The notes under the pieces: generated by a model
The model's database searches: none
What the model saw: the letters and a program-made list of their open reading frames with translations, nothing else
What the model was told of the DNA's origin: nothing
Made by a program: the position numbers and the translations under genes
Shown here: one piece after another, positions 15,275-28,857 of the stretch
How positions within the stretch are numbered: position 1 is the stretch's first letter
Layout of the letters: the number at the start of each line of letters is the position of its first letter
Origin: Antedon mediterranea
Lineage: Eukaryota > Animalia > Echinodermata
NCBI RefSeq assembly: GCF_964355755.1
Contig: NC_092671.1
Span: 930,001-994,000, forward strand
DNA length: 64,000 bases
Reading direction: 5' to 3'

Positions 15275-16861
15275 GGGTCTGTTTCTGCTGCATAACGCAA
15301 TTTAACCGGTTATTTTAAAATAGATTAAAAATAGATAACAATAACAAGACCGCGTTTCTGCTCAATTTGTGCTCCGAAATAACCGGTTAAATCTATGGGT
15401 GGTCGTCGAGCAAAACGTCATCATTACCCAAAATGCAATACACTCAGACGGAAGTAGTAAGTTGGCTGTTTGTTTACATCGACGTCGTCAATAAACACGT
15501 GTGTATATCGCCGAACATCTCAAACATGTTAAAATAATAAAATGTTGTCTACAGGTCTACAAGTTTTGTTTTTTGTAAAGCCTACTTACTGATCGCTAAT
15601 AAAATTAATTCTCATGGCGCCTTCAATAACATGGGGAGGGTCGTGCAGCGCCCGATCGCCTAGGATAATTTTTATCTAGCCTAAAATTCCTCTTGAACAA
15701 AGGCGATGATGATACGGCCCTTCCCACGTGAACGACTGTTGTCTTTCGCGAGCGCGGTCCTACAAAAAACCAAACGGAAACAAAAACGAGACTTAGAATG
15801 TTGCAGTACCTACCAAACGAGAGTAGATAATTGTTAATTAATTATGAAACCCTAACTTTTATAGCAACAATCGTCCGAATTTATGTTAAAAACGACGATT
15901 TTAGCCACAAAAACTTAAATCAAACGAGAGTATCCAAGTCATAGAATATCGCACGCACATAGTGCCTTTAATAGAATAATGAGTATTAAACATTGTTTCG
16001 TATATTTATGTAAATAAAAATCATATTTAATATATTATCAAATGCTCTCATAACCTTTGTTTTCGGTCAATGTGATGTTTTTCTAAAAAAATTATATAAA
16101 ACGATCAAATTAAGATTGTTCATTGTTCTCCTATTAAAGGCACTAAGGGCGTGCCATAAATACGCTCGTTTGGATTAAGTTTTTGTTGCTAAATTCATCG
16201 TTTATAACATAAATTCGGATGATTTTTGCTATAAAATTTGGGTTTTCATAATTAATTAACCATTATCTACTATCGTTTGGTAGGTATTTGCAACATTCTG
16301 AGTCCCTTTTGTTTCCGTTTTGGTGTTAATATAGGACCATCCATACCCTTCGCAAGCGTGTACTAACGCCTCAAATTGCTTAGCTTGGGTAGTCCCCGGA
16401 ACTCCACCCCAAATTCCTCTTTTACTTTCGCAAAAATGTTCTTATTTATTATCTGTGATTCTTTTCTATTGCCTGCCATCCTTCCCCGTACTTTCTCTCC
16501 CCCCACAACTGAATAACATATCTTGTGATTTCATTCATCCACATACATGTTCACTTCTTCGTTCGACTGTCAAAACCACGAGGAAAACACGCACCGTATG
16601 CGACGGTATCTGACCCGGGGTCACAACTGTCAATCAAATAACCGTTATTTCGTGTTGCAGCTAAGAATTGCTCAGCGATAACCGGTTAAACGGCGTTCTA
16701 ACACCGATTTAAATTGGTGTTTTAACCGCTGCCTTTTAACCGGTTACCACAAATGTGTCCTGTTTCTGCTGCCAAGAAAATGGAGTTAATTTATTCACAC
16801 CGATTTTAATTTATTCACACCGATTTTAACCGGTTATTTTTTATGCAGCAGAAACAGGCCC
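15275..16861. mobile_element. Non-autonomous PIF/Harbinger-like DNA transposon (~1.6 kb)
   Basis: 21-bp TIR GGG(T/C)CTGTTTCTGCTGCATAA, TAA TSD on both sides, repeated subterminal TAACCGGTTA palindromes, no transposase ORF. A lone end fragment lies near 5410-5440. Confidence 0.85.
15756..16338. repeat. Long imperfect inverted repeat (foldback) inside the Harbinger-like element
   Basis: Arms of ~220-240 bp (~15756-15990 vs ~16120-16338), e.g. TACCTACCAAACGAGAGTAGATAATTGTTAATTAATTATGAAACCC vs GGGTTTTCATAATTAATTAACCATTATCTACTATCGTTTGGTAGGTA. Confidence 0.85.
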
Positions 16862-17019
16862 TAATAGACTAGTTGCAAAAAAAAAACCAATAATTAACAG
16901 CAGCCTGAGTAAACTCCATTGCAAAAGTCTTTGGCTAAACCTAGCAGTACTATAGTTGCAAAATAGCCTGTGTTTTTAAGTTGCAAACAGTGCTGTGTAC
17001 AATAAACCTATGTAACCTA

Positions 17020-17280
17020 GTCTGTGGGTAAAACCCATGCAAACTAGCATAGTATGCAATTTAAACTGACTGTTGTGAAACTATTTGAAACTGACTGGTA
17101 AACCCTATTGGAAAGTGACTGTGGTAAAACCCATTGGAAACAGTCTGTGGGGAAAACCCACTGGAAACAGTCTGTGGATAATAAAACCCACTGGAAACAG
17201 TCTGGGTAAAACCCACTGGGAATAGTCTGTGGGTAAAACCCACTAGAAACAGTGTGTGGATAAACCCCATTTTGAACAGT
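17020..17280. repeat. Degenerate ~27-30-bp tandem repeat (GGGTAAAACCCACTGGAAACAGTCTGT)
   Basis: About 8 diverged copies. Confidence 0.8.
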
Positions 17281-18329
17281 AGCATTTTGTTAATTTCCCC
17301 CTCTGTAAACTTATCTCATAAGAAATCAATATTTGGGTGAACTTAAAGTTGGCTATAGTATGAGACTGAAGAAGATACATTTCATATTTGTTAATCATCT
17401 CTTTGATGCTTATAGAAAATCTCTAATTACCTCTGTCTATTCATTTATTGATTTTCACTAGAAGCTAGTTAGTAAAGTTCCTATAATTATGAATAATAAT
17501 CAAAATGGCTGATTTAATTATTTTCCAGATAGATCTGTCATATAATTTACAATAAAAGATTAGTTGACGATAGAAGTGAAATTCAATTTTGTTTTACGAC
17601 TAATGTATTCAATTAAACATGCAACATGCATTAAAGTTTGTGTATGCAATGTATAAAGCTACTGTATTATAGTAGCCATCACTATTTTCTTATTTTACTT
17701 TTATTTCTACAACAATCCAATTCAACAAAAGGCAATGTGTTTGCATACAGTATTCAGTGGAATAAGTACCTATTGTTGTTCAATATGTATCATTAACAAA
17801 GATGCTCCTACAGCATAATCCATAAGGACCATTACACCTCACAAGCTTGTTGAAAAACTATGCCTTTGTAACAAAATTAACATTTTTTTTTAAACATACG
17901 ATAATGTTGTGCAACATCTAAAAACCTGGAACCAATATAACCTTGTAACTCGTATTCTCAAAAATCTTATTTTGCACCGTAAAAAAGGAGGCACATTGAC
18001 ACAGATGAGCACCATGAAATAATATGTAATAATATGTTCTTGTTGTGAGTTTTTAATATTGGTATTGCAGGGAATAATTTCGCCAGTGTAGCATAGCAAA
18101 AAGCTATACAAAACAACCTTATTGCTACACATTTCGCCAGTGTAGCATAGCAAAAAGCTATACAAAACAACCTTAATGCTACACATTTCTACAATTGTGT
18201 AGCAAAAAATACAATACAAAACTATATGTTTCTGGACTCAAAAATCAGTTTGATTAGCAATATTGCTAAACAAAATTTTAAAATGAAATCTTCCCCTGTA
18301 TTGTTGTATTGTCATGTTATTTTATATAT

Positions 18330-21073
18330 GAGTCAAAATATGCTAAGGTGTTACATAAAATGCCATTTTAATTTGTATTTATAAAAAATATTATATACTA
18401 TACACTAATATGTGTAGGGAATTAATAGATAGTTTAACATGCAACGGTATAACTTACACAGTTTCATTTCACTTCACCCACTATTTTTTTTTTAAATTTC
18501 AAATTTGTTGTGATAATGGCCTATTCTCACACCATGAATTTGTAACATTTTGAGTGTCACTTCATAATCCAATTTATATTTGATAATTGTGAAGTATAAT
18601 AAAAAATATTGATTGGGATATTGGAAGTACATGTATAAACAATAAATAAAATCAATATATTGACACCACAATATTTTATTTTTGTATAATAAATTAATAT
18701 CTTTGCTTGTGCTGACGTGCGTTACTGTGTCCGTCAACAATCAAGTTTGACTAGGCCTAGGCTGGGTTAGGCCTAGAACAACGGCAATACGAAAACCAAA
18801 ATGTTAAACAATTCAAGGATATGTTTACTCTATATAATGCATCAGATTTTAAATGTTATGTAATTTAATTGTATATAAATCCCGATTTAAAAAAAATGTC
18901 ACCATTGTCTGTCAAAAACTAACGCACGCAATGTTTTCCTGTCATTACCGCCGAGAATGAGCAAACAGACGATACTACATGGCAGCCTACAAATATAGCT
19001 CCCGCGATGGCTTCCCGCTGCAAAAATTCTTCACAGAATGTAAACTTGCGTCGCTAAACAACGAAAACTAGTATCTGTCAAAAATATAACGCACGCAAGA
19101 TATAACGCACGTAAGTACTTAACATTATTAGAAATCATAAATAAATACATTTAGAACATAAATACATAGTTTAGGCTTTATATATTTAATTCTAATGGTA
19201 TTTTAGGCCTAATAATTACCTCGGTACGGCTATTAGGGCGAACTGTCTCAAGCGACAGCGATAGGCACACGCCTAGGCTAATTTGCTCAGTGTTTTGACT
19301 GACCTTTCTAAATCGTGCGTTATATTTGACAGATATTTCTTCCGTGCGTTAGGCCTTGACATATTTATTGGTTAGATTTTAGTTAATTTTAATATCATGG
19401 AATGTTCTTTTCAAGTTTTAATACATGTAATTCCTAGGTTTTATAACTAGGCCTAAGCCTATACTTCAAACAAGTAGCAATCGCTGGTATTCCGTCTCCG
19501 GAGGAGCGCTGGCGAACACGTGCGTTATATTTGACGGACGGCGGCCGTGTATATAAGGATTTGGCAGATCGTGTATTTCATTTCAATTACAAATAGCGTA
19601 TTTTAATAGCTTTTATACTTCATAAAAAAAAATATTTAATGGAATTAAACAATTTAGTTTCATTTTGTGTGTTGATGATTAGCATGGTAAAATAATTTTG
19701 AAGTATAACATTTATTCCAATATAATTATAAATAAATAGATACTATATATTAATACCTATAATAAAAATATAGTTAAGTAACTAACAGGCTATTTAATTA
19801 GTATTAACTCAATAATAATTAAGTATACTAAATTAAAACAAATAGAAATAAAACAAATTAAAATATAAAAGAATAAATCAAATGTAGGCCTACTAACATA
19901 AATAAAAATATTTAAAGAAATATTAAATAAATAAAACATATAGATTTACTAATATAATAAATAAAAATATTAATAAAATAAATACAAAATTAATATTTTT
20001 TTCTGTACTTGCTGTATTTTCAGAATGGTTTTAAAAATAAAAGTAAAAATGGAAGAGATAAATAAGGGCTCACCAACCCCGAAAACTAATTCAAGAGGTG
20101 CCGTCCATTCAAAATTGTATAGAGAAAGATGTTCTATTTATGCATCATGCACGTTTTCATGTTGACTGTATAATAATTAGGCAATTAAGATAATTGTTTC
20201 AGATTAATTTTCAATTTAAATATTTCAAACCATTTTGATGACATGTTTAGTTGTGTTTTTATACATGCAAGTATTGTATACCGGTAGTTGAATTTGCCAA
20301 GTGAAAATTACTGTATGTCGGAGATTACATAACGGTATTTGGATTTTATTAAAATATTGGTAATTTTTAATAAATAGCCAACCTTCACACCTAAAGTGTA
20401 CTCTTATCATTTTTTTTCTCAAACTACATGCCCAATAGTGTTTTCCAGACAACACACACACCCACACCCACAGCTTCGTCTGTCAAACTAACACACGCAA
20501 GCGTAGTGTCTGTCAAACTAACACACGCAAGTACACCTCAAATAATGTCATTATTTTCAAAGATATGCCATTTGATATTATTTTTCCTCATAAAACATTT
20601 TGCCATTATGACTTTCTGCCATTCTATCAAGAATAGTTAATAACCAAAGGATTTACAGTGATTAAAGTACAATTAAAACGGCGTAATAAATTTTCACCAA
20701 TTGCATGCTAATTTTTTAAAGACAAAAACACTTTTATGTGATTATTGAGAAATTTTTTTCCGCATTTATACTTTGAAATGTAGTATATTAAACATAATTA
20801 AATAAATTATAAGACATAGTTATGATAATTTTATTATTTGTTCAAGAAAAACAACAAAATTTTGTCCGTCAAAACTAACACACGCAATTGCTACACCAAT
20901 TAAATTAAAATACATTTTTTGAAGTTCATGTTCAGTGACTTATCTTTTTTTTAGTATTGCCTGAAAGATATGTTTTTACTCAACAATTTCAGGTTATAAA
21001 AAAAAAAAAAGGTTAAAGATGAAAAATTGACCTCTGTGTTACAGTTTTATAACACTTTAGCATATTTTGAGTC
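18330..21073. mobile_element. Putative non-autonomous DNA transposon (~2.7 kb) with internal motif array; superfamily uncertain (Sola-like?)
   Basis: 24-bp imperfect TIR GAGTCAAAATATGCTAAGGTGTTA / TAACACTTTAGCATATTTTGAGTC flanked by ATAT on both sides. About 9 copies of TGTCAAA..TAAC(G/A)CACGCAA in both orientations inside. Confidence 0.55.
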
Positions 21074-21245
21074 ATATTGTAATTATGATGTATTTGAAGA
21101 CGAGCAATGTAATTTTCTCCTTGTGGGAACGAATAAAGATTATACTTATACTTATACAATGAATTAAATAATGCAGTAAAAAGTCCTAGCTGATGATATA
21201 CTACAATATGATGTCGAGCAATAAAGCAAGGCAATAGACCACAGA

Positions 21246-21472
21246 GTTATGATGCTTGGCTACCACTCCAAGGGTCCTAAATTCAAGTCCAGTCACATGT
21301 CAGGATTTATTTTTCTAAGGACAAAATTACAACTCCAATCCCAAAGACTTGTAATAAGACTTTGTTCATGTAGAGCATCTTGTGTATATGTTTGTCTTGT
21401 GAACCTCTGAGGGTCCCTAATGATCAGCAATAGGTGGATGGATCACCCTCTTAATATGGTGTAAAAAAAAAA
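21246..21472 (+). mobile_element. tRNA-derived SINE, 5'-truncated copy
   Basis: Near-identical to the reverse complement of 7127-7350. Lacks the A box and ends in poly(A). Confidence 0.8.
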
Positions 21473-21542
21473 CTATGTTTCTCATGTCAATGAAAATTAG
21501 TAGTTACAGTTAATACAACACAGTTATTATGCATGGGAAGCA

Positions 21543-21856
21543 GCTGTATGCTGTATACTATATTGCTTTAACACTGTATGCTGTATACTATATTGCTTTA
21601 CCACTGTATGCTGTATACTATATTGCTTTAACACTGTATGCTGTATAACTATATTGCTTTACCACTGTATGCTGTATACTATATTGCTTTACCACTGTAT
21701 GCTGTATACTATATTGCTTTACCACTGTATGCTGTATACTATAATATTGCTTTACCACTGTATGCTGTATACTATATTGCTTTACCACTGTATGCTGTAT
21801 ACTATAATATTGCTTTACCACTGTATGCTGTATACTATATTGCTTTACCACTGTAT
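21543..21856. repeat. 30-bp minisatellite (CTGTATGCTGTATACTATATTGCTTTACCA), ~10 copies
   Basis: Direct tandem copies; source of ORFs 21618-21884. Confidence 0.95.
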
Positions 21857-24800
21857 TTGCTTAGTTCTTTACACAGGTAAGTGATTTGGTTCCAACCAAC
21901 CCAACCCAAGTTAGCAATAGCTGTGCATGTGTAAATATCTAAGCCTGAACGGGATAAATACTAAATTGGGATAAAAGATGAACAAATATTTACCAAATAC
22001 AATGGGTCATGTTGGTGGTTGTTTATGACTAACTCTTAAACGCCAATGCACTCTCACCAATCACAGCATCTGATTACTAAAAATGCCTGCAAAAAGAGAG
22101 AGAGAGATGTAGTTAAAAATATTTATTAAATATAATTTATAACGTACTATAAGACAACATGGCTGCAACAACAGTCCATCAACAGAAGTACTAGTTAAAA
22201 AAAAAGTGCTGAGGAGAGTTAAAAGCAGAAGATCCACTATCACCGGGAAATCGTGTGACCCTCCAACTCTGTCGTGCAATGTATTAAAGTTAACCAAATT
22301 ATTAATCTCCCTTTTTCTTTTCTGCATTGCTTACAGGGGCCTGCATAATAGCAGTATTCAGTGAGGCCTAGGGGCCTGCATAATGACAGTATTCATTACA
22401 ACAAATTAAATATCAGCATTATCTTGCCGGATTATATAATAATTATGTACCATAAAACAATTGAACTTTGACATCTGCATTGTTTTATTCTTATGTGATT
22501 ATGTGATTATGTAGGATGGTGTAGAGCAGATTTTGAATGACAAGCCAGGCTTATTATGATTTTGAGTAAGTCTTTCAATTTAGAGAGTGGGGTTTGTATA
22601 AAAAAATAAAATAATGTCACAGAAATATACAAAGTTTCCATGGCATTTTAGAGGTTGAACTTACTGATTATTGTAGATCATTTTTTTAACTGGCCCGACT
22701 TTCATTTTAACTGGCCCGAATTTCATTTTTACTGGCCATCAATAATGTTATTTTATCATCTACAGTATGGAGATTTTACTGCTCAAAAACAGGCAAGTTA
22801 CAGGGATGGAGGTTTTACAAACTCGTTGTTCTGGGTTTTACTAGACATACCATACACTAATGCCATAAAGGCAACCACTGAAACGTGACTTAAGCTGCTT
22901 CTCAATTTTGACTTCTCATAGTAATTTGTATAATATAAATAAGATCATGAATTCATGGTAGTAATCAGCGAACCGTAACTAATCAGAACAGAAGTGAAAT
23001 ATCGAGATGAGTATTGGTATCTATATATTACATTATTATAATCCAGAAAGCTTTGTCAACTTCCTAAAGGTACTACTGTTCTTCTATTTCTATCTTTCTT
23101 TCTGTCAATTATTATTCTTTCAGCCATGATAAACACATTGCAATTAGACAATAAATCAATTTTTAGCAACACCCTACCAAGCTACAGGATCACTATGCGA
23201 TCTTTGTACTGTTTTGGTTTTTTTTCTTAGCTGCAGACTAAAATCACATAGCAAAAGGAAAAAAGTATAAAATTCATCTACAAAAATATGAAAATAACTT
23301 TGGAAAGGTCAGTCTCGAAATGTGTGGTGAAAAATCAATAAAACTAACACATACTGTGGCTGATTGATTAGTTTATACAGTATGTCTATGGTGTTAAACT
23401 TATTCTACACTGTGGTTTCAATTCATCATTATACCAAATAGAATTTTCAATTATCCAAATTGTATTAAGGCATCATTAAATAGATTACCAAATTTAAGTT
23501 CTCAATAAGGAAAAGGTTAATTGTATAATAGAATGCGTTGAATACAACATGAGAATATGGCTTAAAAACTAGTATCTCTTAATATCAACAAGACAGCCAA
23601 ACATTTGAAATCTCCAGCAAGCTATAATACATTATCAAACTTTATGTGACAAAAAAAATGTGATGTGCCCATATATTATATGGAAACGATGATGTCATAT
23701 TACTACTATATTTGGGCACATCACACTTTTTTTGTCAAGGTGAATGGAAAATGCAGTCAAAAGACAGGATCTAGGATTCTTTCTCTGTGACAACAATCAC
23801 AACTTATAACAGATTTGTTAAATGTTAAATTCAATGAACCTTTCTTTCAAATATGCTTTAGTAATTGTTTGTAGCCCAAGCTATTAAGTATTGTTGAATA
23901 CCAAGAAACTGGTTTTGTGTACCCAGCAGAAGACTTTATAGCATAATCCCTACAAAATGCTTTGTTGTTGTCATATAAAATGAACATTGTGTATTTATAG
24001 TAAACTTTAGTATTGATGCATATCACAAGGAAACCATCACAAAATATTAATTTAAAAATGATTTAACATTTGAATTAAACTGAACATAATCATATATACT
24101 GTACATTGTCAGAATGAATGTTATTATGTCATACAATTCAAGCAGGACAGACTCATCAAATACAAAAAAAAAACAAATCTTATTCCAGTATAGGACCTGT
24201 ACAGTATACTATATACATATTTGTTGGATTTTGTAAAATAAATCTACTTTATCATTTTAAATTAATTTGGATAAAAAGAACACCTAATTTTACGTCACTG
24301 ACAAAATCGATCTTGCATTTTAAAAATAAATACAGTAGTTTATTAAACAAAATTAAATTATCTGTTAGTATACAGTAATATATATAAATTAATAAAATTA
24401 TATTATCAAATTACAAAAGTTAATCCATACAACAGAAACAATTGAAATCAATCAAGTAATATGTTGATTAGTCTTGTGTTATTAAATTTAATACAAAAGC
24501 TACAGTAATAATATAATCTGACAAAAGAAATAAATTTTATTCTTATTATGAATAATTAATTGTAATTTACGCTTACATTATGCTAAAGCCTCAGTACATG
24601 GTTTGAAATATGCACTGTAATAATTGCAAAATTCTTATTTACTAACTAAGTACATTCTAAAAATAAAATATACAGTAATTAATGCTAGTTGAACATTTAA
24701 ACAACTAGCTGTTCTGCAAAATAATTACTTTTCAAATTTTAGTCTATAAAAAAACATATACAGTTTAAGGATTTTTCCAATTTAGCCCATGAATTCAAAT

Positions 24801-26912
24801 GCTGTGTAAATAAATGTATGCTTGCTAGTTTATTAGTGGGTTACTCATTTTGCTAGTCAGATTTGTACAAATAACAAGGATTTGCCACCAGTGGATAAAA
24901 AGGCACATTTTTCTAGCCTTGTTTGCGATGTACTTTGTTAGTTTAGTAGTGCCCTTATTATTTTTCTACATCATTTATTTCTTATGTTTAGATGAGATTT
25001 AATGTAGGTTACATGTTATAACTAGAACAAAAACTGCACATGTAGCAGAATCTAATTAGATCATGCATGTATGGTAGTAGCAAACGACGACGGCGGTGAG
25101 TGTATATTCTTAGTGAAGATTGCGTGACAATATAATCAATACAACTGCTAAATAAACCACAACAGTAATTCAGCATACTGCAGCGTATCTTTAAGAACAC
25201 GTATTGATTTTATTTACTGGCACAGTGGTCAGCGTCGCCCTCGGTGGTGATGAAGCTTTTGGACCGAGACTAATGCTCTAGTTGCTCATCAGCAATAAAA
25301 TCATACGAAAAAAAAAATTGTTCATTTTGTTTTTTAGTGAAGCATACATAATATATGAGTTGGCCAATAATAATAATTTAATAGTATAACAATAACAACT
25401 ATATATTCTTTACTAGTATAGTAGTCAAGGTAAATATTTAATACTAGTTTGCTACGTACTATAAATACTGTAATAATTAGTTTGAAAGATTATTTTTATT
25501 ATATAACTTGCGATAACGCAAAACCAAATCAATGAATTTAAAACCATAATATCCATATTCGTAATGTACGCATTAAAATACTTAAAAGCCAATTTGCGTT
25601 AAATCCTTCAAATTCTATTTTTAAAACAAACTTTAATCTTCTTTTACTACATTAATGTGATATTGCAATAATTTATATGAAAGCAAATAAATTATAACAT
25701 TAATGTATTAGAAGACAACATAACTGAATGTTTAGGCTACAAAAGGATATCTAACCTGGTACTGTACCTTGATCAGTTTTGATCATTTTAAACTAACATT
25801 ACAATACAATGTTCTGCAAACTACATACTGATCTTGCCAAAAATATGTGTACAGGAAAACATACAAAATGCAATTGATTTGTGTGGTTAAAGTTGCTATG
25901 TAATGACAAATCCTGTAAGTGTGTTGTGTACGTTTTAAAGGGAAAACCCTGGGCTGCCTGCCCTGATTTTTTTCAGCACAATTTTTACTCTCTAAAAACA
26001 AAAATACAATGTAATTTCCGGGGACCTAGTGATATAACACTACTAAAATGTTTACAGAAATCAAAATAAATCCTGACATTTATCATGTGAGCGCTAACAA
26101 TTTGTTTTTCTTCACAACAACAGATGACAATGAAAGAATTATCCTGCTTCTTCAGATTTTAATCTGCATGATTTAATGAGGCATAGAATTTAAACCACCA
26201 TTAGCTGATGAAAAATCTATGCAGCAGCATCATTAGGCCTAGACGGTACTAGCTGCTCTATGCTGATAGCCTGCCCTATTCACCAATCATACTATCCACT
26301 TATAATATTACAATATCCTAGATTACATAAACTACAATATTAACTACTTGCTGCTACACAACAGAACAGGATAATAATTAATGTGTAATTCTACAATAGC
26401 TTTGTATACTTACTGAACTAATAATTCACAGAGCTATTTCATGAAACATCATTCACATTTCATCTTATTATAATTTAATAGGTTAAAGACCAAGGGTTAA
26501 AGTGCACCATGATTAACCTACAGACTTAAGAATAATAGAGAGTAAGTCTGTACTCGAATAAATAAACCTCATTCATTACAAATTTTTAATGTTAAAGGAT
26601 ATTTAATTATGAAGCATGTAGCTATATTTATTCTGTAATACATAGCGTATTGGATTTGAAAAGGATTGTGATAGGATGCTATGGCCTATTCTAAAGAAAT
26701 TTAAACCTGATAATCACTGAAGCATAAAATTATCTTGGATTTTTTATTAATATGGTCAAAGAATGATTAACATAATGCTTTAGTATAGTGAAATTCAACA
26801 TGCTAATTAGATGTCAATAAAGAATTACATGGTGTCAAAGTTCATGTCGTGTGGAGGTGGTAGCTTTTGAGCATCCACGCATATTAAGTAGGTCACTTTT
26901 TAACATAGGATT

Positions 26913-27537
26913 CAGCCCACGAAATTCAGAAAAAAGAAGGTCGGCAAAAAATTGCCGACCTTAAATTCGCCAAGGTCGGCAGTCTCGGCAGTTCTAAAAA
27001 TAGAAATTTCACCAAGGCCTAACCTCTTGCTAACCTAAGGCCTAGCCAGGCCTAGCCTCCCTAGCTATATGTTATGCAAAAAGAACTAGCAAAATTAACT
27101 AAAATATAAAAACCTAACACTAAAATTTACAAGATAAATTCTATTTGATAACTGCTGAACGATGTTCAGCCAGGGAGAAACATCGTGGTTATGGAGCTAG
27201 CCGTACACAGAGAGCATAGTTGTTTACTTGACATAACAGGGTATTCCCCTACACAGGTCTCGCGCTGTGCCCAGAGATAGAAAGCATGCAGCTCACACAA
27301 AATAATGCATGATGCAATGGTTGAGTGAATTCAGGGATCATCTTAATTCCATGGTTTGTTAACTAAACACCACATGGTGGTGAATATGGGTGTTAAAAGT
27401 CTCAATGATACGATCCCTTAATGTACCATGTTGTTGCTAGGAGGCTTGAAAGAAATTTCTAGGTCGGCAAGAGAATGCCGTCCTCTGACAATTTAAGGTC
27501 GGCAATTGCCGATTGCCGACGTGAAATTCGTGGGCTG
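26913..27537. mobile_element. Non-autonomous hAT-like DNA transposon, copy 2 (6-bp TSD)
   Basis: Same TIRs and internal sequence as 11696-12352, with small indels. TSD AGGATT on both sides. Confidence 0.85.
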
Positions 27538-28857
27538 AGGATTTTTATACCATAAATCAGATATTCTAAATTATTTTACCTACAGTATAAAAATAAATGA
27601 GTATTCTACTGTGTTGGTTTAGATTATGGAAACTAAGTATTGTATAGTAATTAGTAAAAATTAAAACCTGATGGTTTTGTTGCATGCTGTAGCCTACTGT
27701 ACACAAGCCCAATCCTGATAGTATACAGTACTGTAGGTTGTTTTAGCTTTCTGGTATCCACTACAGGTACCTTACAGTAACAATTACTACTGAAAAATTC
27801 AATCATCTAAATGGCTTAAAATAAATTTTCAATTTTAATTATGAGAATATTGTATGAATATCAATTATGGTGAATATTAAAGAATAAATTAAATCCTGAT
27901 TTGAGTTCATTTATGGACAAATACAATGTGGCCGCATGGTTTAGTTACATACTGTACTATAATTTGGAAATCTAGGCGTCTTCTCAATATTGAAATCCAA
28001 TTAAAGTAGATGAGTCTCTTAGTTTGGTGGAATCCCTTCTCCACCCCTCCTCCCCAATCCAAGCATTTATGGGCAACCTAAAAGCTTGTTGTGTATTTTG
28101 CATTCAACTGTTTTTGCAACAAAATATCTTTTTAGTCTAACATAGTTTTGTATGAATGTTTTGCTATGCAATTTTCTAAATGTCAGTAGTTTTGCTATGC
28201 TACACAGTACACTGGACAAAATTATTATTTAACTAGGTAAAATTTTTTTTACACCTCGAATCAAAGTATACACTTGACTGGCACTTATGATAAATCTCAC
28301 AAGATTAAGAAGATATGCTACAAAATCTGATGTCCATCATGTATGAATGAATATGTTGATCTGATCATAGCTCTTCTAAATCTGTTAGGATTAGCTGTAC
28401 ATACTACAGTTCATGGTAGCACTAACTACACATGGGAAATGGTTTGTGAGTCGGATTGATTATAAGCCCGTAGCCAGAGGGGGTTCAAGGGTTTGAATGA
28501 ACCCTTTTTTCCTGAAGCATGCCATTTTTAGACTAGATATTAAATGAAAGTATGGTATATAGGCTTAACTAGATAGGATCATGAGCCCCTTTTTCGGTAA
28601 AAAGGAACTTCCTTGCGGGCTTAAATGAAGTTGTGGTATACTGTAGATACAGTTACTCAACTCACAGTTTGTCTAGACCATAATATTTATATGTCCTTCT
28701 ATGACACTACATTTGTGTAAGAATTCAATATTTTACAGATAATTACAAATTTGCATTTAGTATTATTTAAAGCAACGTGGCATATGAACCTGCTTTGTAA
28801 ACGATTCTTACGCAGGTTTAAGTAATTCTGAATCACCTGATCGTTCTAATATACTGT

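Noticed and set aside
21618-21884. Hydrophobic repeat ORFs (IALPLYAVYY)
   Set aside because: Translations of a 30-bp minisatellite with frame-breaking indels nearby.
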